From the human T2T-CHM13v2.0 reference genome, Homo sapiens, in the NCBI GenBank assembly GCA_009914755.4, contig CP068257.2:15872001-15936000 (forward strand): a DNA stretch of 64,000 nucleotides. Direction: 5' to 3'. Below are positions 1-18,185 of this stretch, piece by piece. The number at the start of each line of letters is the position of its first letter. Within the stretch, counting starts at the first letter, position 1. The notes beneath the pieces were generated by a model. The model made no database searches and was not told where the DNA came from. It saw only the letters and a list, made by a program, of their open reading frames with translations. Both the position numbers and the translations under genes were made by a program.

Positions 1-1249
1 AAAAAAACAGAAAAATACCAAATTTATAAAATAAATTGAGGTGTTTGGATGAAAAAAAATACAAGAGCTTTGCCTTCATGTCTGTAGATCTCTTAATATA
101 TTATTGGTCTTGCATCTCAGATATCAAATAAAGGTACCTAGCTTGACACAAAAGTTGGTAGCTGCAAGGTTAAGCTGTATTAGTTTGATGATGGGCCAGG
201 AAATGATATATTTTCTAAATTTTATCCTTAAATATTGGCTGTAACAAATGCTGATATAGCAAAACGTAAGCTTCTATTAGACAGCAAGAGGGAAACTTGA
301 GTGAATGAATGCAACTTACCTCCAAGTCCTCTTAAAGGAGGTAAAATAATAAATACTGTGTTTTACCAGTGCTCCCCCCAAAGCATTATTCTAAGCATGC
401 AGGAGGGTATAGTGAGCAGCTACAATAGTAAGATCCAACCCAGAGGTAGGTTCAAGGCCAAGAGTAGGAGAGTGGTTGAGGAAATCCTCCTAGGGCCAGT
501 ACCATTTCATAGAATGCCCATTTGTGTTGGGGGATGAGTCTGGCCTATTTTCTTCTGATTCAAAAGCACATTCCCAATTTCAACCTTGCTGAAAAAGAGG
601 CATTTTTGTACCTGCTATTAAGAACAGCTAGGATACAGGATAAGGCTGGCATAAAATTATTTAGCAAGCACATGCTAGCTATTCCAGTTTGAAATCTACC
701 AAACTGTAAAATCGGGGAGAAATAAAAAGTTGAAGTTGTTGTTCCTCAAGATGAGGGAACAAAATCTTACAAAAGGTGGGATTAGGCACTCGCTTAACTC
801 TATATGGAGAACATCCTTCTCAAGCTAGGTGGAAGATGAGGAAGAATATTACCAAAAGCTGACCAGGCCATTTGGAGACCAAAAGGAAAGGAAAAAAGGC
901 ATTTAGGAAGCAAGCTAGTAAAAGAAGTTCTTCTGGGTCTGACTAAGTAAGTGAATCTAAGGGAACCATACCAAAGATATGTTACCCATTACTCCAGCAT
1001 GAAGCCAGTGGCAAAATACCTCAAGACATTTTAAACCCAGAGAAGTGTATGAAAAATATGATAGTTAACCAAGCAGATTAAAATCAAACCACTAATGGTA
1101 AAAATCTCTTCAGATCTGAAATCCAAGATACTCACTTTCCATTAATTCTGTGTTTTATAGGGGGAAAAGAAAAGTAACAAATGTAAAGATTTTTTTTATT
1201 TCTACTGGGGAGGGAGGAGGATAAATAGAACTGTTTTCCAATTTGCTCT

Positions 1250-1335
1250 CCACTGTATACACACATACCCACACACATACATAAGCAAACATACACCAAA
1301 AATACCCCAAACAAAAAACAAAAAAACCAGGAATC
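1250..1335. repeat. A/C-rich low-complexity tract (imperfect CA/CAAA repeats)
   Basis: Read directly from the sequence: acacacatacccacacacatacataagcaaacatacaccaaaaataccccaaacaaaaaacaaaaaaacc. Confidence 0.7.
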
Positions 1336-1536
1336 AAAACCCAGAACACCCTCAAACTGCACCAATACTTCATATTTTGACCAAAAAAATATCCTGAGAG
1401 GAAGGCAAAATGCAAAATCAAATGACAGAAAAATGCTGAACAGCATTATTAATATACAAAATATTTATATTAGTGAACTAGTAACAGGTGATGTTCTCTG
1501 TGTCTGTAAAACTTTGGAACCACATAGCTGATTTGT

Positions 1537-2110
1537 TCAATCTAGTCCATGCCAGCTTCCAAAAACCATGCCAGCTTCATTCTTTGATGCCTCATCAAAA
1601 TTTTCTACAAGATCGGGAACATCATCATCCTCCTCATCAGTGTCTTCTGGTTTTGCTGCTTTACTGTCCAAGACTTGCCGTGGGAACTGTTCAGCTAACT
1701 TCCTAAGGCTTGTTAAACTGTCAGCACCAAGCTGACTTAATATTCCAGGTATCATTTCTGTGATTGGTTTGGCTTCTGCATGACCAGTAATTGCAAAGGT
1801 GTTAGCAGAAAGGGAAGCTTGGACTTTGGGATTGTTGAAGTGAATAACTGTCCCATCATCTTTAATCATGTTCATCTCTTCAATACCAACTATATTATTC
1901 ACAGCCAGTTTTTTTAGAGAACTCTGAAGCTTTTTGTCGTCAGCCATGGCTGTTTTATGTACCACCTTCTTTCTGCGAGCTGTACCCTTGCCCCCTATCC
2001 GGACCTGAGCCTGAAGTTTGGCTAACTTTTCTTGATTCATGCTGTTGGTAAATCTGAAGCAGGGAGGGTCCTCCAGCACCAGCACGCGGCAAGAGCAAGA
2101 TGGCTGCCCG
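1537..2110 (-). pseudogene. Processed pseudogene (retrocopy) of BTF3L4, basic transcription factor 3-like 4; intronless, antisense within CXADR intron 1
   Basis: The six-frame track gives an uninterrupted 182-aa ORF on the minus strand. Its core ([156 protein letters not shown]) is near-identical to the NAC-domain protein BTF3L4 as I remember it. The native Met maps to 2040..2038, with 5' UTR-like sequence continuing to about 2110. No introns are present. The parental stop codon is lost, so the ORF reads 15 codons further to 1537. A short T8 run at about 1189-1196 could be a poly-A tail remnant on this strand. Confidence 0.8.
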
Positions 2111-2693
2111 ATATGCCCCCTCTTAATCTTTTCATTCCTGCGATTATACCACCATCAGAGGAAAAATGCCTCCCCTCCAAGGCAAGCCTCCCTACATTGG
2201 CTCCTTACCCTGTCTGTTGTGGGGTCTCCATCGATTACCAACTTAGCTCACTGCACTAGATCAGAGGACAGGGCCATTACCTATATTCATTGTTGCAGTC
2301 CCTGCATGGTCTTGTGGCTCCTGGCAGACAGCTAGTGTTCAGCAAGTCCTTTTTGCATGACTGAAAGTTTTCAACTTCTTTGCCACTAGGCCTGTGTGTA
2401 TGATAGAGCTCTCTTCAGTTCATCACTCTCTCCCTTCTCATCTAATAAAGATGGTCCTTACAGTGATTATTCCACTAGTCATGTCTGAGTCAGTTTTTAA
2501 TCTAAAGAAGCTGAGCTTCTGCTTTATCTTTGACCTCGTTCTATTTTTTCTCCTGCTTCAGTTGCCAAAGGTTACAGTAATGCATGTGCCAAATTGGTTT
2601 ATCTCTTTGGAACTCCTTGACACCTATTTTGGTTCTTTCCCACCCTGTTGACCTGCGCTTTACTGTCTTCTAAAATAGGTCCCTTAAATGTCA

Positions 2694-3089
<396 letters not shown>

Positions 3090-4204
3090 TCAACCCACCT
3101 CTGCTTTGGATCCTGGGCCACTATTTCCAACTGCGTAACTATTCAACTTCCATTCGAATACCTAACACTCTTCACTCTCCAAGTACACTCACCTGTTAAT
3201 TAAGTGATACTTAATGTACTGATACTACTATGTGCAAAGCCATGTGCCAGGTGCCCCTACAATAGAACATGACATTGCAAGTTGCAAAAGCTTTGGCAGA
3301 ATTTTCCAGTCAGATGGTACAGCTTTTGCAAAGACATAGAGATCTGAAGGGTTTGATATGTCTTGGGAGTTGAGTAGTTCAGTGCATGTAAGGCACCTAA
3401 CCAGTGCTTCTCAAACTTTGTGCATCTGAATGATTCTTACAAGGAAGTCTAGGTGGGGCTTGTGAGTTTGCATTTTAACAAGTTTTACATGATGTCACTG
3501 CTGACCACGTTTTGTGTGGGCAAAGATCTAAAGGCCATACTGAGAGCTTGGTGGGAGCTGACAGGTCTGTCAGGTTATGCACCCTAACCCCACGGTACTA
3601 AGACATTTGTGGAAGTGTCGAGAAGTAAGGTTATACGCTGAGATTTATTTTATTGAATGGTAGCTATGTAGCAGTTCTCAAGGAAGGTAGAACTAATAGA
3701 GCTAACACAGGAATCCTCTGGGATGATCTGGACGTAAGCAGTCCCTGTTGAAACGCAGCAGAAGAGAGTTGGGCTTCTGCTTTGATCTGGAAAGCTTTTC
3801 TGAAGAAGATAGTAGTGGAACCTGACGTCTGGTTGCTTGAATGAGTAGCATGAAAAAGTTGGAGAGATTTCTGGCTTGAGTGTATAATGATGTCACTAAC
3901 CTACGGGAAATAAAAAGGAGCAGGTTTTAGGGAGATGACAATGAGCTTAAGTTTGGACAGGTAGTATTTGAGGTGCCTGAGAGGCAAGGAGGTAAAAAAA
4001 TATCTGATAGGAAGATTGCAACACAGGACTGGATTTCAGGAAAGAGACAGACATTGGTGATACAGACTTGAGAATTCACTGCTGTTAGGTGGCGTCTGTG
4101 TAAAGTTAAGGAGGAAATGCAGGTAGGACTAGAAGAGAAGGTGAAATGTGAGGCGGGGGAAACATGAACTTCTAATAAGTACATGAGGAAGCAGCTGGGA
4201 GTAA

Positions 4205-4682
<478 letters not shown>

Positions 4683-5067
4683 TGATAGAGGAGTGGGCAT
4701 CAGGTAAGTGGAGAGTGAAAAATAAACTTCACATTTGCAGGTGGTTTGACAGTGAAGCTTTGCATGTGTGGCCTTAATTCCAGAGGACAGTAGCATATCC
4801 CAGGGGAGAAGGTAGAAGCCAGCAGATAAAGACTCTTTTAACTTCCCTCCATCTAGGCCTACAATCTTGTCCACATCATCATTCCACAAAACATGGTATT
4901 TCTCCTTAAGGCCAATTCCTGAACTTCAGACCTTTTGGCTTCTCAGGGATGTCACTCTGTTATCCCATCTATTATATCTGGATTCCGTCAACTTTAACCA
5001 AGCTTATTTATCCCTCTTTATATTCCTTCGGTACTGTTGTCGCTTTGCCTTTATTTTTTATTTTTAA

Positions 5068-5494
<427 letters not shown>

Positions 5495-6855
5495 TTTATT
5501 TTTCTTTATTAACCAGATTTCTGGAAAAAATAGCCTGCATGTACTGACTGCATTATTTTCTTTCATGCCCACTAATTCTTCCATCCTTTGCAATCTAATT
5601 TTCATCCCCTTCTACTTCTATGAAACTGCAGTTGCTGTAGATTGCAGTTGACACTGTGGCTACATCCGGTGGTCACATCGTATCTTCAGCCTCTTAAACC
5701 TCAGCACAAATAGCTCTATTGAACAGTTTCTTTCTGCTCTTGAGCTATTCCTCATTTCCTTTTGTATGGTCCATTTCCTTCGTGTACCGTAAATGCCAAC
5801 ATTTCTCAGTTTATGGGTGCAGTTACTGTTTATTTGCCTACAGTCTCCAGTACATTTCTAGTCTCCCTTCTCCAACTTTACCCACATCAAAACCATCCAC
5901 TTAATGTCTCTACACACACTTCCCACAGGCATCTCCAGCTGATTCTGTTTCACACTCTTCTCTCTCATATTAATTGGCATTTTCAGACACCAAAATGCCC
6001 AGGCAAAAATATGAATATCTTACTTGGCCTTTCCTATTTTCCCATCTGCTCATATCCAATTTCGAAGTCATTGTGTCCCTCCAGCCACTACCTGTAATCT
6101 AGGTTATACCATTCTCTCTTCAGCTTGTTGAGATGCTTTCATAATTGGCCTCCTGTTGAGTGAACTTTACCCTGTCCTCCAGGCACATCCTGTTACTTAC
6201 TGCAGCATGTTCTAACCTTTATCAAGCATGCCGATACTGTCATTGTTTTCTCTTGCCAGAATGTACATTTCATAGGTCAGGCACTGTTTACATTGTATTC
6301 CCAGTATATGGCACAGGGCATGTTCATTGCATAAATGGGGAAAGTTATGCTAGACAGGAATTCATGTTTGTAGGCTTGGGAAGGACCTAGAAGAGAAAGA
6401 GCATTTGAAGATCAAGAATAGGTACCTCATGGAAGAGGTGAGCAGGGCTGGGCTCTGTGTCCTGCACAGGTCAGCTTTGTGTCAGCTTTGCCAGGTGTTC
6501 AGGAGTGGAGTTTATATCACCACTCACATTTAGTTCTCCTACTTGCAGCCAGTTCTCTCCCCTTCCCTTATTTCCACCTTTCATCTGTCATAGAAGTCAT
6601 CATCAGATGAGAGTTGATGCTTTGTGTCATTAAATAAAGGAAATAATTGAGGCTGGGAACTTTGGATTCAGTTTATTTGGTGGCTAGCAAGTAGTTGATG
6701 TGAAGATAATTATTAAATTAAATTAATTATTAAAATAAGATAATTATTAAAATAATGCAGAAAACAATTAAAAATTATCCAACCAGAATGACCTTATGGG
6801 TTTATCTTACTGTCTTTCATCTAACTTCTGTTTCTTAAGAAAACAAACCTAGTAA

Positions 6856-7650
<795 letters not shown>

Positions 7651-7660
7651 GCCAGTTAGA

Positions 7661-7973
<313 letters not shown>

Positions 7974-8914
7974 TTAGACTTAAATTAAGCCTTTGAGTTT
8001 AAGTTGACTCAAGTTTTTGTAGTTTATTTCAGTTGGTGGGGTGTTTGCAGAAGAAAAGACTTTCTTGATCTATTGATAAAAAAAGGAAGATAGGAAAAGG
8101 GAAGGAGATAATAGTAACAATATTTTTAGGGTAAGTGTGAGATCAGTGGTATGGTTCAGTTTGTCCTTTGGTACTTGGTGAGAAAAAGGATTAACAATTA
8201 AATTAACCAACATTTATACATACTAAGAAAATGCAAATTTCTTTGGAAACGTTAAAATCATTTTCATTCTTTCAAAGATATTTCTTACAAAGTGGAATGG
8301 GAATGGTTTTAATTTCATTTACTTCTAAGAAATAAAAGTATGTTAAGATTTTAAGAAGAAACAACATAACTAATTGCAGTTATTTTTTCACTTTCCCATC
8401 GTTAGATGTGTGTTCTATGTGAGTTTTAGACATTTTCAGAGGAAGGGTGGATTGACTGTATGTTTGAAGTCCTCTCAAGGAATCTCAAGGGACATACAAT
8501 GAACTAAATGTGTTCAGCCCCCACCTTTGTTCAGTTGTTGGAGTGACTATCACTTATTCTCTTCAGTCTCTCTCACATGTATTTTAAACACTTGAATACT
8601 GGACAGTTCCCATGGGAGATTTCTGTCAAGGACCAGATACAAACTTTTGACTTTGTTTTGTGCCAGGGTAATTCTGCAGGAAGAATTGAGAAGACTCTTA
8701 ACTTACTCAGTTGTACAGTGGAAATCTGATACTTCTAGAATGAACTTGTAAATCTGGATGAGCAAAATGATCATATCTTATTTTTAAAGACAATTGCACA
8801 CGCATCTCATTTAGAGCCACTCTCTTAACCTTGGGATAGAAAGGACACATCATATTATTCTCATGTATAGGAAACAAGTCCTAAAGCCCAGGCAATTGTG
8901 GCATTGGTGTTAGA

Positions 8915-9202
8915 ACAGTGCTGTCCAACAGAAATATAATGCAAGCCACATATGTAATTTAAAATTTGCTAGTAGCCACATTAAAAGGCAAAAAGAAAAA
9001 TGTGAAATGAAACAATATATTTTGTTTAACACAATACATACAAAATATGCTTTTTTCCCCATGTATTCAAATGAAAAATATTGGGATATTAAAATGTTTT
9101 TCGTACTTTGCCAGAATCTGGTCAGTGTTTGACCTACAGCACATCTCATTTGCACTAGCCATGTTTCAAGTGCCAGCAGCTACTGTATTGGTCAGCACTA
9201 GG
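8915..9202. mobile_element. Non-autonomous DNA-transposon relic (MITE-like) with terminal inverted repeats; family not named with confidence
   Basis: The element starts cagtgctgtccaacagaaatataatgcaagccacatatgtaatttaaaattt and ends ...ctactgtattggtcagcactag; the end is the reverse complement of the start (agtgctgtccaa / ttggtcagcact). Internally it matches a common mammalian ...tagtagccacat... repeat family I recognise but cannot name reliably. Confidence 0.5.
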
Positions 9203-10835
9203 AGTTTTAGTTCCAGTCATCTTCCACCATAGTCCTAGAACATTTAACCTGAAAAAGCATGGGGGCAGTGTGCCATCAAAACAGCTTTCTCAAATGGAAC
9301 ATGCCTTTGGAATAGTTCTCATGAGATTTTACTTCTAAAATCGTTATTTTTTTTTTGTCACATAGTATTTGTTTCCTGTTAGCGATGAGCTAAAATAGTT
9401 TCTTATTTCTTACTTAATCTCTTGTAGTCATCAAAACATTTGTTACAGGCACACAAAATTGTATCAGCTCTCCTTATTCCATAGTTAAAGCCAATCACAT
9501 CTTGAGTATAAAGCAGAAAAGTATATGCATAATAATTATATTTTTAATTTGCCTAGGTGGGGAAATAAATGCATTTATGGAAAGGTCCAAAAGAAGCAGG
9601 ATAGAATGGCCCCAGGTAATGGTTGCTGGGGAAATTTGAATTCACTTAGAGTTATTAAAAAGGAATCTATACCAAGATTGGGGCAATCAGGTTAGACATG
9701 CTCACAACAGGGATAATTTTCTTATTGGAGTTAACTTTTTCTTCATTAACTTCAGGACTTTTCTATAAGGAAATACACTATTTGCTCATTTTGCTAATAA
9801 CATCTGTGTCTATTTCTTGGATATCTTATTTTCTGTGATCACATCTTTATAAGACACTTCATCTGGGTGGGTTTTGGTGTTTTGTTTTTGTTTTTGTTTT
9901 GCTAAATAGTCACTTTTCCTGTCTCATGTTAATTGAAGAGGAAGAGAAGCGAGCTGCAAGTTTTATATGAGCCAGGAGGCAAAGGAAGATTTCCTTATAT
10001 GGAGTGATACATATTATTCTATGAAGGTGATGAAAATATTCACCATGGCAACTGATCTGCCTTACCCATAATGCAAAATACCCTATTTGCATTTATTTTG
10101 CCAGAGAATTCTGAAATTAGGATCTATGTAGTAGAGAATATGAGGAAGGTAATATACTATTTCGGTTGAAAAGGAGAATAATTTTTCTTTTGACTCGTCA
10201 AGTGCAGTAGTAAGAAGGGGGGAAGAGAAGAACAAAGAGTTGGATCTGTAACTGTGAACAATTGATTGAAATAATTCACTACTTTTAGACCAACCAAGAA
10301 GAAGAATAGTTTTGACCAGAATTGGAATTTGAACGCTCCCCCAAGTTGAGTATGTCTGTGTGCTAGTGGAGTGGGGAAGGGTTGAGTCACAATCCAGTTC
10401 AGCAAATCTCTGCCAGGATGTTTACTTTTTAGCTCCCCTTATCTGATTTTCCATTGTAAATTTGTATTAAATATTTCTGATAAGCAGCCTCAATTCTTGT
10501 GGAAGTTTGAGGGCAAATAAATAATATGTACTTATGGGCAAGGCATTGTAATAGTTGCTTCAGGAGATTTAAATGAGTAACACACCATTCTAGTACTCTT
10601 GGCAAGCTTAAATCCAGAGGGAGGAGTCAGACAATTATTCGTGCAGCTATGGTACCAGGCAGAGCAAGGCAGGAATCATAGCAGATATGCTATCTGAAAA
10701 TGTAAGGTATTCTGATTATTCCTTCCATGCCTTAACTGGCATCTCTAAACCATTTTTCCTTCCACCTTGGGAACCCCTCATCCTTTGAGACTTCTGCCCT
10801 TTGCTTATATCTAACTTATAGTTGCTGCTCCTTTT

Positions 10836-10916
10836 TTATTTTTTTATTTTTATTTATTTATTTATTTATTTTTTAATGAGACGGAATCTCGCTCTGTCGC
10901 CCAGGCTGGAATGCAG
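10836..10916 (-). mobile_element. (TTTA)n-like T/A-rich tract followed by a short antisense Alu fragment (about 40 bp)
   Basis: tttttatttttttatttttatttatttatttatttatttttt then gagacggaatctcgctctgtcgcccaggctggaatgcag, then unique sequence. Confidence 0.7.
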
Positions 10917-11074
10917 CCTGCTTCTCCTTGTTGACAGGAAATGCTCAGCTTCACATTCACCCCCTGCCCCAGCATTATCCGGCATTTTAGTATTTACGTT
11001 TTACAATGCACTTTTCTAACATCCTTACACCACATTTTCTTGACCTTTCAAATACAGTGAAAGGTATTTTTTAG

Positions 11075-11798
<724 letters not shown>

Positions 11799-12082
11799 TG
11801 AACTCTAATATCATGCCTCCCAGCTTTCTCATTCTGCATCACACCTTCTCCTTAATATCAGTGAGGCCTCCAGAGCCTTCCCCAACTCTCACACCCCTAC
11901 TGGTCTTCTGGCTACTTTAAAACCAGAATTTCGTCACTAGTCCTGGTCAGACTCCAGCTCCCGTTCCTGATGTGGATCAGTTCTCCGGGGCAGTTTCTTT
12001 GCTCCTACTCACGGACTGTGATGCACAGCTGTGTGGCTTGGGGAGGTACTTTTTATTGTCCAATTTGACTGGACTTTTTGTC

Positions 12083-12377
<295 letters not shown>

Positions 12378-12668
12378 TTTTTTTTTGAGACACAGTTTCA
12401 TTCTCCCTCCCAGGCTGCAGTGCAGTGGCATGATCTTAGCTCACTGCAAGCTCTGCCTCCCGGGTTCAAGTGATTCTCATGCCTCAACCTGTTGAACAGC
12501 TGGGATTACAGGCATGTGCCACCACGCCCTGCTAATTTTTGTATTTTTAATAGAGATAGGGTTTTGCCATGTTGGCCAGGCTGATCTCGAACTCCTGACC
12601 TCAAGTGATCCACCCACCTTGGTCTCCCAAAGTGCTAGGATTACAGGTGTGAGCCACTGCGCCCGGCC
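12378..12668 (-). mobile_element. Alu, antisense, head-to-tail with the previous Alu
   Basis: tttttttttgagacacagtttcattctccctcccaggctgcagtgcagtggcatgatcttagctcactgcaagc ... ggtgtgagccactgcgcccggcc. Confidence 0.92.
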
Positions 12669-12984
12669 GCCTTTTTGAATTAAGTACATTAATAAAGCGT
12701 TAGAACATTATGTATTTAACACAAAGACAATTTGAATTTGCTTTTTTGTTGCTTATTCCTTCAGGTATTCTAAAATTTATTTTTAAGTAAAGCTTTTAAT
12801 TGAAGTTATGACATGCACAGAATACCACACAGTTTAGACCATTAATTTTTATAAACGTACAGGGTAGAGCATTGTCACAAAGTGGCCACACCTGCATACC
12901 TAGCAACCTGATCCGGAAATAGAACCCAACCCACATATCAGAAGCCCTGTCATGCCCCTTCCAGTCCCTTCCTTTACTATTTTT

Positions 12985-13347
<363 letters not shown>

Positions 13348-13573
13348 TAACAATGTAGATTAGTGTTAACATTTTATATAAATAGAATTTTACAGTTTGT
13401 GTTTTTTGTCTTATTTTACTTCTCATGTTGGTAAGATTATTCATGTTGTGTAGCTTTGTTTTATTCATTTGCATTGCTGTGTGATATTCTATTATGTGAC
13501 TGTATCACAATTGATTTATTTATTCTACTGATGGACCCTTTTTCCCAGCTTTTTTGCCATTATGAAATAACTA

Positions 13574-13894
<321 letters not shown>

Positions 13895-14067
13895 TTATCC
13901 TACATGTGTTTTCATGCATATGCACATAAATTTCTCCCTATCAATGGAATTTCTGAGTCCTGTAGGTTATACATAAGTTTCACTGTGGTTGATACTGCCA
14001 GTTAGTTTTCCAAAGCTAATTGTACCAGTTGACACTTCGATCAAAGAGTATGAAAGTTCCAGTTGCG

Positions 14068-14397
<330 letters not shown>

Positions 14398-14837
14398 CTA
14401 CATCCTTATCATGGCCTTCTTTCATTTTGACTATTCTGGTGGATGTGTTAGTGCCATCTCATTATAATTTTCTTTTCTTATTCTTTTTGTTATGGAAAAT
14501 TTCAAATATATGTAAAACTAGAGAAAATTATTTGGCACATCCCAGTATATCTTTGCTCAGCTTTATCAACTCTCAGCTCATGTCGGACTTTTTCTGCTGC
14601 TCTGTTGACTCTGATTTGTTTCGCCATTCCTCCTCACAGGTGTCTCAGACTTGGACCAGTCTCTAAAATTCTCTACCTACAAAATGTTCAGCCTCTTGTA
14701 TTTTAAGTTAATATTGTAGTCCCCGTTTGTCACAGAGGATATCAGGTACAAATTCTTGCAATTTCTTGTACTCTAATGTGTAAACTTAACGATAAGTGTG
14801 CCAATGTTTACATCTTTCCTTCAATCTCTTTTTGGTT

Positions 14838-14945
14838 TTTTAGAGTTAAGGTCTCACTGTATTGTCCAGGCTGGTTGAGCAAGTGATGCTCCCTCCTTGT
14901 CTCCCGAAGTGTTGAGATTACAGGCTTGAGCTACGGTACCTAGGG
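14838..14945 (-). mobile_element. Free left Alu monomer (FLAM-like), antisense
   Basis: gagttaaggtctcactgtattgtccaggctggttgagcaagtgatgctccctccttgtctcccgaagtgttgagattacaggcttgagctacggtacc, one monomer only. Confidence 0.7.
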
Positions 14946-14987
14946 TCTAATAAAAGGTGTCTTATTCCTGATATTTGTTTTTTGGGT

Positions 14988-15280
14988 TTTTTTTTTTTTT
15001 GGTGGTGGGGGACAGGGTCTTTTTCTGTCACCCAAGCTGGAATGCAGTGATGCAGTCACAACTCACTGCAGCCTCGACCTCCCAGGCTCCCACCTCAGTC
15101 TCCGTAGTAGCTGGGACTGCAGGCATGCACCACCACGTACAACTAACTTAAAAATTTTTTTTTTAGAGATGGTGCCTTCCTATGTTGCCCAGGTTGGTCT
15201 CAAACTCCTGGGCCTAAGCAGTCTTCCTGCCTCAACCTCCCAAAGTGTTGCTATTACAGGTGTGGTGAACAGGTCCTTAT
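14988..15280 (-). mobile_element. Alu, old (AluJ-like, diverged), antisense
   Basis: Poly-T, gacagggtctttttctgtcacccaagctggaatgcagtgatgcagtcacaactcactgcagcctcgacctcccaggctc ... caaagtgttgctattacaggtgtggtgaacagg; many substitutions. Confidence 0.85.
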
Positions 15281-17055
15281 TGACAGTTTTCTAGGTCTCA
15301 TTCTTTTTTGAGGGCTTGATCTTTTAGTCTCTGGTGTTTGGCTATAAGATTTTTAACGTCTCCTATTCTATTTGCTTTTTCCTTTTGACTTATAAATGTA
15401 CTCAATGTTTCCCATTTCAAAAAGAACCTTTCCTTGACCACATATCATACACTGTCTATTTTCTCCCCTCATCGAGAACAAATTTCTCAAACTAGTAGTC
15501 ATTTCTGTCTTTGCTCACATCTCTCAAGCACTGTGGTCAGATAATATCCTGTTGCAGCTCCCCAAAACCTTCACTAAATCTGATTTGGCCTAGGACACCG
15601 ATGATGTTCTAATTGCCAAATCTAGTGGATACATTTCAGTGTCATTTTTTTTACATAATAAATTGTGAGTTCTTCCTAGTGGAAGGCACTGCTAAATGCC
15701 TTTTAAATATAAAAGATGACAAGACATAGGGTTATGTATCATAGTAGAAGTATTAGGCTTATCAGATGACAGTGAATTGCCTACTAGCTACTATTTATTG
15801 AAGAGTGAACACCAGGATGTGCTGCAGCTGTTCTAAGAGGTTTACATGTGTTATTTAATTTCTCCAATGAAGTAGGCATTATTATTTTTAATCTTCATTT
15901 TAGAGAGGAAAACATCTAGTCACGGAGAGGCTAGAAATTGCCTGTGGCCAAGCATTTAGTGAGATAAATTTGAATCTGAACCCAGATCTAACTTTAGAAC
16001 TCCTACTGTTTAAGAAATGTCTGCATTTGTTGGGAGCTGGACTCAGAGAACTCCTGCTAATGCCTTTGAGATGTGGATACAGGGGAGGAGAAGAAATGAT
16101 TGTCAGGGAAGGCTTCTTGTTGGTTGATTGATCAATGGGCTAGAATTAGAACATACTTAGTTAGGTCTGAAATAGATAATTTAGTTCAACACCCCTAATT
16201 TACATTTGAGCCCTAGGGAAGCAACTTGTCCAAAATCATACAGAGCTTTTTTGTGTAATAAATTTGGCAACAGTCAGATAACCTAGTCTGACATTTATTT
16301 TTCTGTTTTTCCAAAAAAAGAAAAAGTTTCACCCAAACCCCTGAACCATGTGCCACCTAAAATGCTACTAGAAATGTAGCATAGAAGAAGAGTATAAATT
16401 CCAAACATTTCTCTACCATGGTGATTGGAATAGGATTTCTAATAATGCACCCATTGTATTTTATAGTGACTTCAGAAATGAAATCTTTATTACTGTTGTA
16501 TGATGTTCGTGGATTGACTTCTACATACAGAGTGAGTGTGGCTCCAGAATCAGTCGGCCTAGATTTGAATCTTGCTCCTTCAGTAGCTTAGATGTGTCTC
16601 AGTGTGTTTGTTTCTTCATTGCAAAACACGGATGCATAATATTAGTACCTTTTTCTTGGAGTTGTTATGAGAATGGAAAGAGTTAATACGTGTAGGGCAT
16701 TTTGAAAAGTGCTTGGTCTGTCATAAGCACTCAGTAACTGTTTAGTTGCTGTTTATTGTTAAGGTGATGGTTTCCCCATTTCTATTCCAGTTTATTTCCT
16801 GGGGGCCTGCTTTTTGATTTCTCATTGGGGATAGGGAGCTGGGAATTGATATTTGAAAAGTACAAAGAAGAGCAAGTGTGTATACTTATGCCATTTCTCA
16901 TTGTTACTAATTTATCTTGCTGTATTAATTTCCTTAGCTCTGAGTACATATTAACAGTCTATACTGAGTAACACTCGTGGGAATTAAAGAACTAAAACTC
17001 CTAGACAATGAAGAGCATAATTTCTACTTCCCTGTATTTTCTTCTCTTTCTCAGC

Positions 17056-17131
17056 AATATATATATATATATATAGCTATATATATATATATACACATAT
17101 ATATAGCTATATATATATACACACACACATA

Positions 17132-17148
<17 letters not shown>
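17056..17148. repeat. Compound microsatellite (TA)n/(TATAGC)/(CA)n
   Basis: atatatatatatatatagctatatatatatatatacacatatatatagctatatatatatacacacacatatatatatatatatat. It abuts the poly-T of the next Alu. Confidence 0.9.
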
Positions 17149-17165
<17 letters not shown>

Positions 17166-17450
17166 TTTTTTGAGATGGAGTCTCGCTCTGTTACCCAGGC
17201 TGGAGTGCAGTGGCGCGATCTTGGCTCACTGCAACCTCTGCCTCCGGGTTTCAAGCGATTCTTCTGCCTCTAGCTGGGACTACAGGTGCCTGCCACCACA
17301 CCCGGCTAGTTTCTGTATTTTTAGTAGAGACGGGGTTTCGCCATGTGGGCCAGGCTGGTCTTGATGTCCTGACCTTGTGATCTGCCTGTCTCAGCCTCCC
17401 AAAGTGCTGGGATTACAGGCGTGAGCCACGGCACCCGGCCTTAGCAGTAT
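17149..17450 (-). mobile_element. Alu (AluS/Y-like), antisense
   Basis: T23 gagatggagtctcgctctgttacccaggctggagtgcagtggcgcgatcttggctcactgcaacc ... ggcgtgagccacggcacccggcc. Confidence 0.92.
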
Positions 17451-17822
17451 TTAAAGCCTTAGTTGGTAGAGTTAATTAGTGTTAACATATTTAAAGTGTT
17501 TTTCCCTTCTAGAAACTGGGATACTCACTATTTAGATGACTTTCAAATATTGCTAATCTCAAAGCAACTTCCTGGGAAGAAGAAAGGCAAAGGTTGGAGT
17601 TAGGGTCTGGCAGAGGGGGAAAGGAAATGGTGCAAATAGCATGGTGGTCACCTTTTTGTATAGAGTTTAGAGTATCTCAGTGACTTGCTAACCTAGACAT
17701 CTATAGTATTTGTAATTAAATGCACAAAATTACACTTGTCTTTATCAATCTTCTTCTTCATTTTCTCGAACCTCTAAATCTACTTATAAATCTTTTAACA
17801 TACTAGTTCCTGATTTGTCTAA

Positions 17823-18152
<330 letters not shown>

Positions 18153-18185
18153 TAGTGAATCATTTTTTGACTATTATTGAGTGTG

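Noticed and set aside
9880-9900. Short (GTTTTT/GTTTTG)n tract and similar T-rich runs (for example 28122-28141, 60652-60678).
   Set aside because: These are low-complexity poly-T/poly-A runs, probably decayed retroposon tails, and too short to merit separate features.
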